Shown: positions 20,494-30,700 of the stretch, piece after piece | How positions within the stretch are numbered: position 1 is the stretch's first letter | Layout: every line of letters starts with the position of its first letter | Source: Promethearchaeia archaeon | GTDB taxonomy: Archaea > Asgardarchaeota > Lokiarchaeia > Sigyniarchaeales > SOKP01 | Length of the DNA stretch: 60,955 nucleotides | Assembly (NCBI GenBank): GCA_029856155.1 | Contig: JAHQWL010000013.1 | Coordinates: 1-60,955, forward strand | Direction of reading: 5' to 3' | The notes under the pieces: generated by a model | Database searches by the model: none | Told to the model about the DNA's origin: nothing | What the model saw: only the letters and a program-made list of their open reading frames with translations | Position numbers and translations under genes: made by a program

Positions 20494-20838
20494 TTAAGCC
20501 TCCCAACCGCAACTTTTGCATACATATTTTTTTGCATATATCTTTACGCCGCCCATTTGATGTAATATTTGACTTCTATCTTCATGTGTGGCAAAAGAAG
20601 TTCCTCCGCACTCAGGACAGATTCTTCTGCCCTCAACAGGTGGTTTTTCTTCCATTCGTGCTTCCTCCTCTTGTTTCTCAACAATTGCTGAAGGTTTCAC
20701 TGTAGATGCTGCGCGAGAAGGCATCGCTGAAGTCGTTGGTGCAGAACTCACTGGAACTGGTTCAATTTTTAGTAGTTTATCTAGTTTATTATTAATATCT
20801 TCAAGTAGTTTCAATACTTTTTGTTCGAATTCTGACAA
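20494..20838 (-). CDS. Small protein: N-terminal coiled coil, low-complexity linker, Zn ribbon
   Basis: EGRRICPECG...KIYAKKYVCKSCGWE, similar to the gelsolin C-terminal domain. Confidence 0.75.
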   Translation of the reverse strand: MSEFEQKVLKLLEDINNKLDKLLKIEPVPVSSAPTTSAMPSRAASTVKPSAIVEKQEEEARMEEKPPVEGRRICPECGGTSFATHEDRSQILHQMGGVKIYAKKYVCKSCGWEA

Positions 20839-21039
20839 AATAAGTCTCCTTTGAATTTTATTTTTAAAAATTTGTTCTAATTTTTTTTTAACAATCTAAT
20901 CTAATTTAGATTTTATATATTTTAGCAAAATGAAAGAATGGAGAAGATCGATTTATGAAAAATTTAAGAGGTTTTCTTCAAAAAAATGAGAGTTAAAGAC
21001 TTCTTATTATTCGATAAATACCATTTAAATGTTAAATTA

Positions 21040-21423
21040 TCAAATTTCAATTAAATCTCTACTTGCAATTATATTAATTTCTAGTCCAAGTACATTTTCA
21101 ATAAGGGTATCACCCATTTTGATAGGAGCTTTAGTTTGCGTTCTTGCAATTAATTTCAGAGTTTCCTCTAATTTGCCTTTTGGGATTGGTTTATCTGATC
21201 TAACTGGTATTAAAGGTAAAAACCCTTTTTCTACTCTCATAGTTGTTGTAAGAATTCTTTTTGGAGAAACGAATTCCTCTCTTGCATATACTTCCCCCCT
21301 TTTACAGGAGTGCCCTTCAATAATAAGCTCTCCGGAGATATTCTCAACATGCACAAGGCAGCCGGTGGGACACACAATACAACGTATATCTTTATTTCCT
21401 TCTGGAACTTTTGATTCTGACAT
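21040..21423 (-). CDS. DUF1667 CxxC protein (small subunit of GlpA-type complex)
   Basis: CIVCPTGC, GHSCKRG..YA..E...PKRILTTT. Confidence 0.85.
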   Translation of the reverse strand: MSESKVPEGNKDIRCIVCPTGCLVHVENISGELIIEGHSCKRGEVYAREEFVSPKRILTTTMRVEKGFLPLIPVRSDKPIPKGKLEETLKLIARTQTKAPIKMGDTLIENVLGLEINIIASRDLIEI

Positions 21424-21440
21424 CCTAATTACCTCTTAAA

Positions 21441-22739
21441 TTAGTCTTCTTCAATTAAAACCTCTGGTCGAGGGATTACTTCTACCTCCAAGTTTTTACA
21501 CTCGGGATCTATTTGTTGTTCACTTAAATTTATTTTTAATTCAAGCATTTCGCTAGGAATAACATATCGCCTCTTTCGTTTAAAAATTACCTTGTTATTT
21601 TCATCTTTAAATTGAATAAGAAGTCTACGGTCAGGTCGCTTGACTCTAAATGTAAAAATGATATCTTTAGCTGTATCAGCTCGATTAATCAAATCAGGCT
21701 TTATATAATTAACATTTTCACCTGGAACACATATTATTTGGTCTTTTTCTCTAATTTTTTTTCCAGATCTTTCCTTTACGTACTCAATAGCATTTAATCC
21801 GGCTCTTTTTGCTTCCGCTGTAACCAAATCTACTAAATCATGTACCTGCAGAACATTGCCGCATGCAAAAATTCCTTCAATTGTGGTCTCTAGATTATTA
21901 TCCACAACCGGACCACCTATATGTGAAATCTCCGCTCCTGCTTCTCTAGTTAACTCATTTTCAGGGATTAGCCCAACTGATAACAGAAGTGTATCACATT
22001 CGATAAATTTATCAGATCCTATAACTCTATCGAAATTTCTATCTACTTTTGATATTGTTACACCTTGAACTCTCTCCTTCCCATGAATCTTTGTTACCGT
22101 ATAACTGGTTATCAATGGAATTCCATTATCTTCTAAGCATTGCACTTCATTTCTTATTAAACCACTTACGTAAGGTTGAATTTCTACTACAGCTTTGACT
22201 TGACAACCTTCCCAGATTAGACGACGAGCCATAATCATACCAATGTCTCCGCTTCCTAAAATAACATATGTTCTACCCGGAAGATACCCTTCAATATTAA
22301 CAAATCTTTGAGCTTGTCCCGCCGTATAAATTCCTGCGGGTCGAAATCCAGGAATATTAATTGCTCCCCGTGTCCTTTCGCGACATCCCATAGCAAGGAT
22401 TATAGCTTTTGCTTTAATCTCAATAAGTCCTTCCTTTTTATTTACAGCATATATTATTTTTTCTGAGGTAATTTCAATTACCATTGTATCCAATTTATAA
22501 GGAATGTTTAGATCTTTTACCTGATTAATAAATCTTTGAACATATTCTGGTCCCGTTAATTCTTCTTCAAATTCATGAAGCCCAAATCCATTATGAATGC
22601 ATTGGAGGGTTATTCCTCCCAATTCTTTATCTCGTTCTAATATCAAAGCATTTAATTCCGCTTTTTTAACAACTATCGCAGCAGCTAACCCCGCGGACCC
22701 CCCACCTATAATAGCAACATCTACTTCATATTTTTTCAT
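21441..22739 (-). CDS. FAD/NAD(P)-dependent oxidoreductase (GlpA-associated)
   Basis: GGGSAGLAAA, QCIHNGFG, LAMGCRER, GSGDIGMIMARR, ACGNVLQVHDLVD. Confidence 0.88.
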   Translation of the reverse strand: MKKYEVDVAIIGGGSAGLAAAIVVKKAELNALILERDKELGGITLQCIHNGFGLHEFEEELTGPEYVQRFINQVKDLNIPYKLDTMVIEITSEKIIYAVNKKEGLIEIKAKAIILAMGCRERTRGAINIPGFRPAGIYTAGQAQRFVNIEGYLPGRTYVILGSGDIGMIMARRLIWEGCQVKAVVEIQPYVSGLIRNEVQCLEDNGIPLITSYTVTKIHGKERVQGVTISKVDRNFDRVIGSDKFIECDTLLLSVGLIPENELTREAGAEISHIGGPVVDNNLETTIEGIFACGNVLQVHDLVDLVTAEAKRAGLNAIEYVKERSGKKIREKDQIICVPGENVNYIKPDLINRADTAKDIIFTFRVKRPDRRLLIQFKDENNKVIFKRKRRYVIPSEMLELKINLSEQQIDPECKNLEVEVIPRPEVLIEED

Positions 22740-24208
22740 TCTCCCCTAGAACCTCCTCTATCATTCTTTAATAGGAAATCTTTTGTTTTGGCTATTATAA
22801 TGTTAGTGTCTTCTCCGCTCTTTGTAATTTCTTCATAAGATTTGTTTAGTTCTCTAGAAAGGATCTCTATAACACGAGGGCGACAGAATCCACCTTGACA
22901 TCTTCCCATACCGGGTCTACATCGAAATTTAACACCATCTACAGTATTAGCTCCTACCGGCGCATGAATTGCATTAATTATTTCTTTTTCAGGAATAGTT
23001 TCACATCGACAAATAATTCTCCCCCAGGCTGGATCTTCTTGTATTTTTTGATCAAGTTCATCTTTTGTGAAATCTTTAAATCTCTCTGGTTTGGGGCGAA
23101 TTGGGTTATAATCTTCCTTAACTTTTAATTCAACACCTAATAATTCCAGAAATTCAACAACTTTTTCTGCGATTGCAAATGTTGCTGTAAGACCAGGTGA
23201 TAGAATCCCTGCTACATTAATAAAACCATATACATCTGTATTATCAATTATAAAATCATATGTATCGGGAACCGCTCTTAATCCCGCAAAATTTCTGATT
23301 GAGCTTCTTGCAGGAATACCGGGAACTAATTTCATTCCACCTTCTAAAATTTCTTTTAGACCCGCAGTAGTTGTTGAGACATCCTCACGATCGGATAGAT
23401 TTTGAGCATTAGGTCCCACAAAAGTGTTACCATGCAATGTTGGGCAAACTAATATTCCTTTTGATACTTTCGTGGGCATAGGGAATAGTATCTTATTTAA
23501 TTGAAATGCATTACGATCAAAAAGGATGTACTCGCCCTTTCTTGGCATTATACTAAAATAATCTAAGCCTAACATTCTAGAGATTCTTTCAGCATATAGA
23601 CCAGCAGCATTAATTAGATTTCGTGTCTGAAATTCACCTTTATATGTCCTAATATTAAAAATATAATCCTGATGCTTTATTTTAACAACTTCATGATTCC
23701 TGAAAAATTTTACACCATTCATAGCAGCATTTTCAGCCAAGGCAAATGTTAATTCATATGGACTAGCAAGCCCTGCAGAAGGAGCATGTAAGACTCCAAC
23801 CACTTCATCTGTTAAATTTGGTTCCATTTCTTTAATCTTTTTTTTGTCTAATATTACTTCCAATCCTGGAATGCCATCCTCAGTGCCTTTTTTTCTTTCT
23901 TCTTCTAATTGTTCAATCTGATTATCCTCTAATGCTACAACAAAGGAACCAATTCGTTTGAATGGGAAATTGAGTTCCTCTGCCGCTTGAGTGTATAATT
24001 TATTTCCTTTAATACACAAATATCGCTTAATATATTCTCTCTGAGCTGCATAACCTGCATGAATTACCCCAGAATTAGCTTTAGTAGTTCCAGAAGCAAC
24101 TTCTGCTTCCTTTTCTAATAAACAAATGTTTAAATCATATTTTGAAAGCGTACGTGCTATACAACAACCAGTAACACCGCCTCCAATAATTATAACATCA
24201 TAAATCAA
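22736..24208 (-). CDS. glpA: FAD-dependent glycerol-3-phosphate dehydrogenase-like protein with BFD-type 2Fe-2S domain
   Basis: GGGVTG, TTKANSGVIHAG, SPGLTA, ICRCE...GMGRCQGGFC; overlaps the next gene by ATGA. Confidence 0.75.
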   Translation of the reverse strand: MIYDVIIIGGGVTGCCIARTLSKYDLNICLLEKEAEVASGTTKANSGVIHAGYAAQREYIKRYLCIKGNKLYTQAAEELNFPFKRIGSFVVALEDNQIEQLEEERKKGTEDGIPGLEVILDKKKIKEMEPNLTDEVVGVLHAPSAGLASPYELTFALAENAAMNGVKFFRNHEVVKIKHQDYIFNIRTYKGEFQTRNLINAAGLYAERISRMLGLDYFSIMPRKGEYILFDRNAFQLNKILFPMPTKVSKGILVCPTLHGNTFVGPNAQNLSDREDVSTTTAGLKEILEGGMKLVPGIPARSSIRNFAGLRAVPDTYDFIIDNTDVYGFINVAGILSPGLTATFAIAEKVVEFLELLGVELKVKEDYNPIRPKPERFKDFTKDELDQKIQEDPAWGRIICRCETIPEKEIINAIHAPVGANTVDGVKFRCRPGMGRCQGGFCRPRVIEILSRELNKSYEEITKSGEDTNIIIAKTKDFLLKNDRGGSRGE

Positions 24209-24388
24209 TTATATAATACCCTTTTAAGTAATATTATTATTGCAAATAGTAGTAATGGATATTAAAATCTAATCTTAAAAAAATATAAATACCTTTTAAA
24301 TTTATTAAAGGGAAAATAAATTTAATTTACATGATTTAAATTTATTTTAATGTTTTACTGGCTTTTTTATTCACTTTATACTTTAGTT

Positions 24389-24712
24389 CTATAAAATGTA
24401 AATGAAGAAAAGCCAAGTAAGATTAAAAATGATTGCTAATAGAATCAAGATCTTTGTTACTGGGTTAAATAACGTACTTTTTAATGATTTAGTCATCTTT
24501 AATTTCAGTTCATTTTCAAGTAGGTTTTCAACCAAGTTAGAATTTGATCTAGCTTCATTTTTCATATGAATAGATCCTAAAAATCGTGGTTTTGATAGAT
24601 TATTAATGATAGTTTCCATATTATTTGAAGGGAGTAAGGAACTTTTAGTAGTAAGTGGAATTTCTTTAAATTCATCATTAATAGCTGATTTTTTCTTATC
24701 TGTTGGGTTCAT
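24389..24712 (-). CDS. Hypothetical tail-anchored membrane protein
   Basis: C-terminal hydrophobic segment with no luminal tail. Confidence 0.55.
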   Translation of the reverse strand: MNPTDKKKSAINDEFKEIPLTTKSSLLPSNNMETIINNLSKPRFLGSIHMKNEARSNSNLVENLLENELKLKMTKSLKSTLFNPVTKILILLAIIFNLTWLFFIYIL

Positions 24713-24858
24713 TCTTTTTTCCTTTTATAATTCACTAATTTTACTTTTTCATGATTAAGAAATCAAATTAATCTTAAATTTTTTACGATTATAAAAATAA
24801 GTTGATAAAATTCGATACCAATTTAGAAGATAGAGAACTTTAGAGATTTCTAAAATTT

Positions 24859-25248
24859 TCATTCTATTTTTTCTAATGAATCAATTATATACTCCTTAAA
24901 ATTAGCAAAAACCTTGATGTTTTTACTCCAGTTCTTAATAACTTCTTCAGGATATACTTTAAAAAATTTATTTGAAATCCTTTTTAGTTCATTCATAACT
25001 TTTTTCGGTTTCACTTCACTAGATGAATTTGCGACAAAAATGAAATGATTTTTCTTCTCAATCGTAAACCGAATTCTGCTCAATTCAAAATTTGACATTC
25101 CCCCGTCAGAAAGACTTTCTGCAAATATATTTAATGCACTCATTAAACCACCAAACATTTGTGGACCTAAATTTGGATTAATTACTCGGTTAAATATTGT
25201 TAAGCCATCTTGAGTTAAAATCCATAAATCTCTTAAAATTTTCCCCAT
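24859..25248 (-). CDS. Longin/roadblock-like domain protein
   Basis: LWILTQDGLTIF...MFGGLMSALNIFAE...FIFV...L..I..KF..VY pattern typical of Asgard longin-like proteins. Confidence 0.7.
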   Translation of the reverse strand: MGKILRDLWILTQDGLTIFNRVINPNLGPQMFGGLMSALNIFAESLSDGGMSNFELSRIRFTIEKKNHFIFVANSSSEVKPKKVMNELKRISNKFFKVYPEEVIKNWSKNIKVFANFKEYIIDSLEKIE

Positions 25249-25408
25249 AAATACTCAGAGGTGCAAATAATATCCCTTCTATTAACATAATTTGTTATTA
25301 TTATTAAAATTTTGAGAAATCCAAAATGATATTTATTTCTAAAAGAATAAAATATATCTAAACTCGTTTAACTAAATATTATAAAACCTTAACGTAAATA
25401 ATTCTGAT

Positions 25409-27154
25409 ATGGACCCTCAATATAATAAAATCTCTGAAGATCTATCACATAAATTCAAGAATATTGTTGGAGAAGAATTTTTTTTTGACAATTATGAAAT
25501 TAGATATACCTATGCATTCGGTTGTTCAATTTTTAATAAAGGTTGGGTTCCTGATTTAATATTGATTCCTCAAAATACCAAACAAATTTCTGAGATATTA
25601 AAATTATCCAATAAAAATAAGATCCCAGTTACCCCTCGAGGTAGTGGCACAAGTTTATCTTCTGGGTCATTAAGTCCATATGGGGGTGTAATTTTAGATT
25701 TAAGTCAGATGAAAGAGATTCTTTCAATAAACATTGAAAATAATTTCGTAGAAGTCGAGCCAGGAGTAATTTGCGATGAGTTAAATGAAGCTTTGAAATC
25801 GTATGGCTACTTTTTTCCTCCGGATCCAGGTTCAAGTTCTGTTGCTACTATCGGAGGAATGGTCGCAAATAATGCAGGAGGGATTCAAGCATTCAAATAT
25901 GGGGTTACTAAAAATTACGTAATGTATTTAGAAGTAGTATTACCAGATGGACAGATATTAAATTTAGGGTCAAAGGTCTTAAAATCAGTATCTTCATATA
26001 ATATTAAAGATTTATTTATTGGTTCTGAAGGTACTTTAGGAGTTATTACAAAAATTGGCTTACGGATTAGACCATTACCTAAAGCTAGGAAATTGGGCAT
26101 GTTCATATTTGAAAATGTTGATGATTTGAAAAATGCAGTTCTAGAGCTTAGACGAAGTGGAATTGTACCCAATTTACTTGAATTCATGGACAAAATTATT
26201 TTAAAAGCTATTACCGAATATTTAGGTGGCGAGTTTTTTGATTTTCCTCCTGGATATGTATTATTAGCTGAAGTGGATGGAAATTCTGACCTAGATGTTA
26301 ATGAGGCATTCTCTATTATGTTTGATATTATTATTCAAAAAAATCCAATATTCCATAAAATTGCTATGAATGAAGAGGAAAGAGAAAGGTTAATCCTAGC
26401 AAGGAAAGCTAATCTTCCAGCTCTTTCAAGAGTTAGACCAAATACATGTGTTGAAGATTGTACAATTCAAATTTCTGAATTTTCTGACGTAATTAAGAAA
26501 ATTGAAGCAATCCCTAAAAACATTAATGCTAAAAATTTATTAGTGGCAATTATCTGCCATATGGAAGGAAATTTGCATCCTACATTTTTATTTAATGAAA
26601 ATGATGAACAAGATGTAAAAGATTTTGAAAAAGCAATAGATTATTTATATAGAGAAATAATTATCCCCGCAGGTGGAACTTTGACAGGTGAACATGGAAT
26701 CGGAAAAATTAAAACACCATATCTTGAATTAGAACATGGATCTGAGGTAATTGATCTGATGGTACAAATTAAAAGACTCTTTGATCCTAATATGATCTTA
26801 AATCCTGGAATTGGGAAAGGGGATACGCGAATGTTAAACATTAAAAAACAAAAACGTACCCTTGAAAATCAAAGGGAAAGTATTTTAGAGTTAAGATGTA
26901 TGAGATGTGGCTTTTGCATTTCATGTCCATCAAGAATGGAATATCATTTAGAAACGTATAGTCCAAGAGGTCGTTTAAACCTTTTAAATGGTTTAGTTCA
27001 CGGTGATTTAGCGTTAAGTGATTTAATAATAGAAGTATTACATGCTTGTACTTTATGTGGACTCTGTCAAATTAAATGCCCCGCTGGTGTTAATACAATT
27101 GAAATTTTTGAAAAAGCCAGAGAAATTATTCATAAAAAAAGTGATGCGTCATGA
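25409..27154 (+). CDS. FAD-linked D-2-hydroxyacid (lactate/glycolate) dehydrogenase, GlcD-like, with C-terminal 4Fe-4S domain
   Basis: PRGSGTSLS, PPDPGS, GSEGTLG, GEHGIG; CMRCGFC..CP and CTLCGLC...CP. Confidence 0.85.
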   Translation: MDPQYNKISEDLSHKFKNIVGEEFFFDNYEIRYTYAFGCSIFNKGWVPDLILIPQNTKQISEILKLSNKNKIPVTPRGSGTSLSSGSLSPYGGVILDLSQMKEILSINIENNFVEVEPGVICDELNEALKSYGYFFPPDPGSSSVATIGGMVANNAGGIQAFKYGVTKNYVMYLEVVLPDGQILNLGSKVLKSVSSYNIKDLFIGSEGTLGVITKIGLRIRPLPKARKLGMFIFENVDDLKNAVLELRRSGIVPNLLEFMDKIILKAITEYLGGEFFDFPPGYVLLAEVDGNSDLDVNEAFSIMFDIIIQKNPIFHKIAMNEEERERLILARKANLPALSRVRPNTCVEDCTIQISEFSDVIKKIEAIPKNINAKNLLVAIICHMEGNLHPTFLFNENDEQDVKDFEKAIDYLYREIIIPAGGTLTGEHGIGKIKTPYLELEHGSEVIDLMVQIKRLFDPNMILNPGIGKGDTRMLNIKKQKRTLENQRESILELRCMRCGFCISCPSRMEYHLETYSPRGRLNLLNGLVHGDLALSDLIIEVLHACTLCGLCQIKCPAGVNTIEIFEKAREIIHKKSDAS

Positions 27155-28431
27155 AATTAGATTATGGTAAAGAAGGTGTTGAAATAAATCTTAATCCCGA
27201 TTGGAATATAACCATATTCCATCCTTCAGAACAAAACCCAATTCAAAATCCTATTGAAAAAATTCGGGAATCAATTAATAAACCAATAGACGGTCTAACA
27301 CTTAAAGAAATAATCAAAAATAAAAAAAATATAGAAAAAATATGTATTGTTGCAAGTGATGCCACCAGACCAGTTCCTTCAAATCTAATTCTTGAAGCAT
27401 TAATTACAGAATTAAACATTTATGGAATTAATGACAATCAAATAATAATTCTAATTGCCACAGGATTACATCGTATTTCCCGTGAAGAGGAATTAGAACG
27501 AATTCTGGGAAAAAATCTTATAAATAGGATAACAGTGGTTGATCATATAGCAACCGATGAAAATTCATTGATCAATTTAGGAAAAACAACTGATAATCAC
27601 CCAATTTTAATAAATAAACTTTATTATGAAGCAGATTTGAAGATTTTAACTGGATATGTTGAACCTCATTTCTTTTTTGGATTCGCGGGCGGACGGAAGT
27701 CAGTAATTCCAGGAATTGCAGGAGCTAAATCTCTTCAAAATAATCATTCTGCTGAAAATATTGCATCTCCCTATGCTAGATTTGGGATTTTCAAAGAAAA
27801 CCCTCTACACAAAAATTCTATTGAAATTTCACGAAAAGTAGGAGTAGATTTTATTGTAAATGTATGCATTAACGAACATCACGAAATAGTTCAAGTAGCT
27901 GCTGGAGATTTCGAGAAAGCTCACGAAAAATTAGTAAATTATCAGTTAAAACATATCTTTAGAGACATAAAAGAGCCCTACGATATAGTTATATGTGGAA
28001 ATGGAGGATATCCCCTAGATCTTAATTTGTATCAAGCTGTAAAAAGTATGGCAATAGGAGAAATGGCAGTTAAAAATGGAGGGACGATTATATCAGTAAA
28101 TGAATGTGTTGATGGTATAGGAATTGGACAAGAAAAATTTAAGGAACTAATATTTTCAGAAATGACTCCTAAAAAAATCTATGAAAAAATTCTTAATAAA
28201 GATATTATCGTTCCGGATCAATGGGAAATCCAAATTCTCGCTCGTGTTCTTATGAAGGCGGACATATTCGTTATTTCAAAATTAAAGGAAAAGGAAATAG
28301 GGAATATCGGCTTGAAATATGCTGAGACTGTTGAGGATGCCGTGAATGTTTGCTTAAAAAAGTATGGAAAACTTGCTTCCATTCTTATTTTACCCAACGG
28401 ACCTCAAGTACTCCCTTTGCTGAAAGAATAA
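27151..28431 (+). CDS. larA: Nickel-pincer-dependent lactate racemase family protein
   Basis: SDATRP, ATGLHR, EPHFFFGFAGGRKS, GGYPLDLNLYQAVK. Confidence 0.88.
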   Translation: MKLDYGKEGVEINLNPDWNITIFHPSEQNPIQNPIEKIRESINKPIDGLTLKEIIKNKKNIEKICIVASDATRPVPSNLILEALITELNIYGINDNQIIILIATGLHRISREEELERILGKNLINRITVVDHIATDENSLINLGKTTDNHPILINKLYYEADLKILTGYVEPHFFFGFAGGRKSVIPGIAGAKSLQNNHSAENIASPYARFGIFKENPLHKNSIEISRKVGVDFIVNVCINEHHEIVQVAAGDFEKAHEKLVNYQLKHIFRDIKEPYDIVICGNGGYPLDLNLYQAVKSMAIGEMAVKNGGTIISVNECVDGIGIGQEKFKELIFSEMTPKKIYEKILNKDIIVPDQWEIQILARVLMKADIFVISKLKEKEIGNIGLKYAETVEDAVNVCLKKYGKLASILILPNGPQVLPLLKE

Positions 28432-28802
28432 AGTAGTTTAGCTCAAATCTCGATAGAAAATTAATCTTCTTACATTATATATTGTCTTGCTTTTAGACTA
28501 GAGTACCACTATTTTAACAATACTTATATTCTATAAATCCCACTAAAATCCCCGTATTTCGTACGTACTTGGACATATCACAATTTTGTATAGTTAAATA
28601 TTTATATAATGAAGTAACTTAAATAGACATAGTCAATAACAAAATATTTTTACAAAAATATTAAAATTATAATTTAAAATAGATATTAATTTATACCAAA
28701 CTGATCACTATAATTACAGAATAAAACGCTTATTGATCAGTATTAATATTGATTAATACTCATACAGACGCAAAAAATTAAAGCAATAAAAAGTGAACAA
28801 AT

Positions 28803-29732
28803 ATGAGCTATAAAGATAGACTACGTTCAACCAAAACAGATTCTGAGGAATTAAGTTGTAGTTCAGATGCTAGTTGTTGTAATAGTCCTTGTATTGAATC
28901 AAGAGACGGAGATAATGTGTGTTTGAATTGTGGAATGATCGTTAGTAGGAATTTAGTAGGAAATGAACGACGTGCGTATACGGTAGAAGAAGTAAATAAA
29001 AGAAGACGTACTGAACCAAGGTGGCGTGAATTTGGACCAAGAACAATGCTCCCTAACACTAAAATTGACTCTAAGGGAAGACTAATTGGAGCCAAGGGTA
29101 AAACTCTATTCTCAAGATTATCCAAAATTCAAAATTCATTAATCTCAAGTATAGAACGAAATTTCTGGGAAGCTAAACCAAAACTAAAAATGCTTACTTC
29201 CAAGATGAACATCCCTGAATATATCAAGGAAACTGCTTGGAAAATTTATAGTGTAGTAGCTAAAAAGAAGTTAACAATGGGAAGATCAATTGATGGTTTC
29301 ATTGCTGCTGCTTTATATGCAGCAATTAGAGTACATGAATTCCCAAGATTACTTGAAGAAGTATGTGAAGCATCTATGACACCAAGAAGAACTGTACACC
29401 GTTCATTAGGAATGATAGTAAAAGAAGTATTAACTGAATTGAACTTGAAATACAAACCAATTACAGCCGAACAATTAGTTTTTAGATTCGGTAATGATTT
29501 AGGTTTACCAATGGAAACCCAGAAAAAAGCAATTAATATGCTTGTAGAAGCTTCTAGAAATGGATTGTTACGAACTGGTAAAGATCCAAAGGGCTTAGCC
29601 GCCAGTGTCATTTATATGGCAGCAAAAGCAGGAAATTGCCGTAAGACTCAAGCAGAAGTCTCAGAAGTTGCTAAGGTCACGGAAGTCACACTTCGGAGTC
29701 GTTCCAAGCAAATTAAAAGCAAGCTTCATTAA
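28803..29732 (+). CDS. tfb: Transcription initiation factor IIB
   Basis: Zn ribbon (VCLNCG), two cyclin repeats, GKDPKGLAA, TQAEVSEVAKVTEVTLRSR. Confidence 0.93.
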   Translation: MSYKDRLRSTKTDSEELSCSSDASCCNSPCIESRDGDNVCLNCGMIVSRNLVGNERRAYTVEEVNKRRRTEPRWREFGPRTMLPNTKIDSKGRLIGAKGKTLFSRLSKIQNSLISSIERNFWEAKPKLKMLTSKMNIPEYIKETAWKIYSVVAKKKLTMGRSIDGFIAAALYAAIRVHEFPRLLEEVCEASMTPRRTVHRSLGMIVKEVLTELNLKYKPITAEQLVFRFGNDLGLPMETQKKAINMLVEASRNGLLRTGKDPKGLAASVIYMAAKAGNCRKTQAEVSEVAKVTEVTLRSRSKQIKSKLH

Positions 29733-29946
29733 TCTGGTAGTTTTAAAAAATTAATACGCAATCCGAGTAATAAAAAATAAGTTTTTTTATTTTTTCTTTT
29801 TTTATTTTTAATTTATACTAATTGTTGAAAATATAATTAACAACAATCTTCCAAGGAGTATAAGATTTTTTCACATTGCCAACCAAAATTTTCTATTTGA
29901 GAAAAATAACATTATATAGGAATATTTTTATCTTTTTTATAGACTA

Positions 29947-30696
29947 ATGAGCTACATAGAAAAGAAATACAAGAATAAGATTCATGAAATTTTCGGAGAA
30001 TTACCAAGTTTAGAAAACCATTTAATCGAGTTATTGGAAAAAAATTCGGTTAAAGTTGTCGACGAAGTGGCTCAAGTTTGTGCTAGATTTACGAAAAATA
30101 TTAATCTCATTTTGAGGAAGTATTATCCTGAAATAAAAGAAATGAAGGATAAACTCGAAATTAAATCCATATTAAAATTTTATTACGATTTAATCGATAA
30201 GTTGACAGATTTAGTTAGAAATATTGAAAACTTTCAGAAAATTGATCAAGAGTATTATGAAAAATTAATAGAGTTCATAGATGATAAAGAAAATTTAATA
30301 AATGGAAAATATAGGACAATCTGTTCTCAAGAATTAACTGCTTTTTATGATCCTACCTCACGAGCAAATTTAGAGAAAATAATATCAGAAAAATTTTTGT
30401 CGAGAAGTAAAGAGTATTTTACATTTGGTTCTTTAGAAGAGGAAATTAAGAAAATTGCTAAGATGGCTGGTGCGAATCAAGTTTCGATAAATGATGTTGA
30501 TGAATCAGTTAAAAAGGAATTAAATTCAGCCAGATCAGTTATAAAGTATTCCATCTCTAATGAAAGTGATCTTAAGACGTTAGAAAATATAGGAGCAGAA
30601 ATTAGACGGTTTTTAGTATCCAAAAACTATGATGTTATAGTAAAATTAGGGATGATTTTTACGGATGCAAAATTACTTTCTGATAAAAAAAAATGA
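29947..30696 (+). CDS. Hypothetical protein
   Basis: 249-aa ORF with normal composition; no motif recognised. Confidence 0.55.
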   Translation: MSYIEKKYKNKIHEIFGELPSLENHLIELLEKNSVKVVDEVAQVCARFTKNINLILRKYYPEIKEMKDKLEIKSILKFYYDLIDKLTDLVRNIENFQKIDQEYYEKLIEFIDDKENLINGKYRTICSQELTAFYDPTSRANLEKIISEKFLSRSKEYFTFGSLEEEIKKIAKMAGANQVSINDVDESVKKELNSARSVIKYSISNESDLKTLENIGAEIRRFLVSKNYDVIVKLGMIFTDAKLLSDKKK

Positions 30697-30700
30697 TAGT

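Noticed and set aside
28640-28665. A/T-only inverted repeat upstream of tfb
   Set aside because: Expected by chance in such AT-rich DNA.
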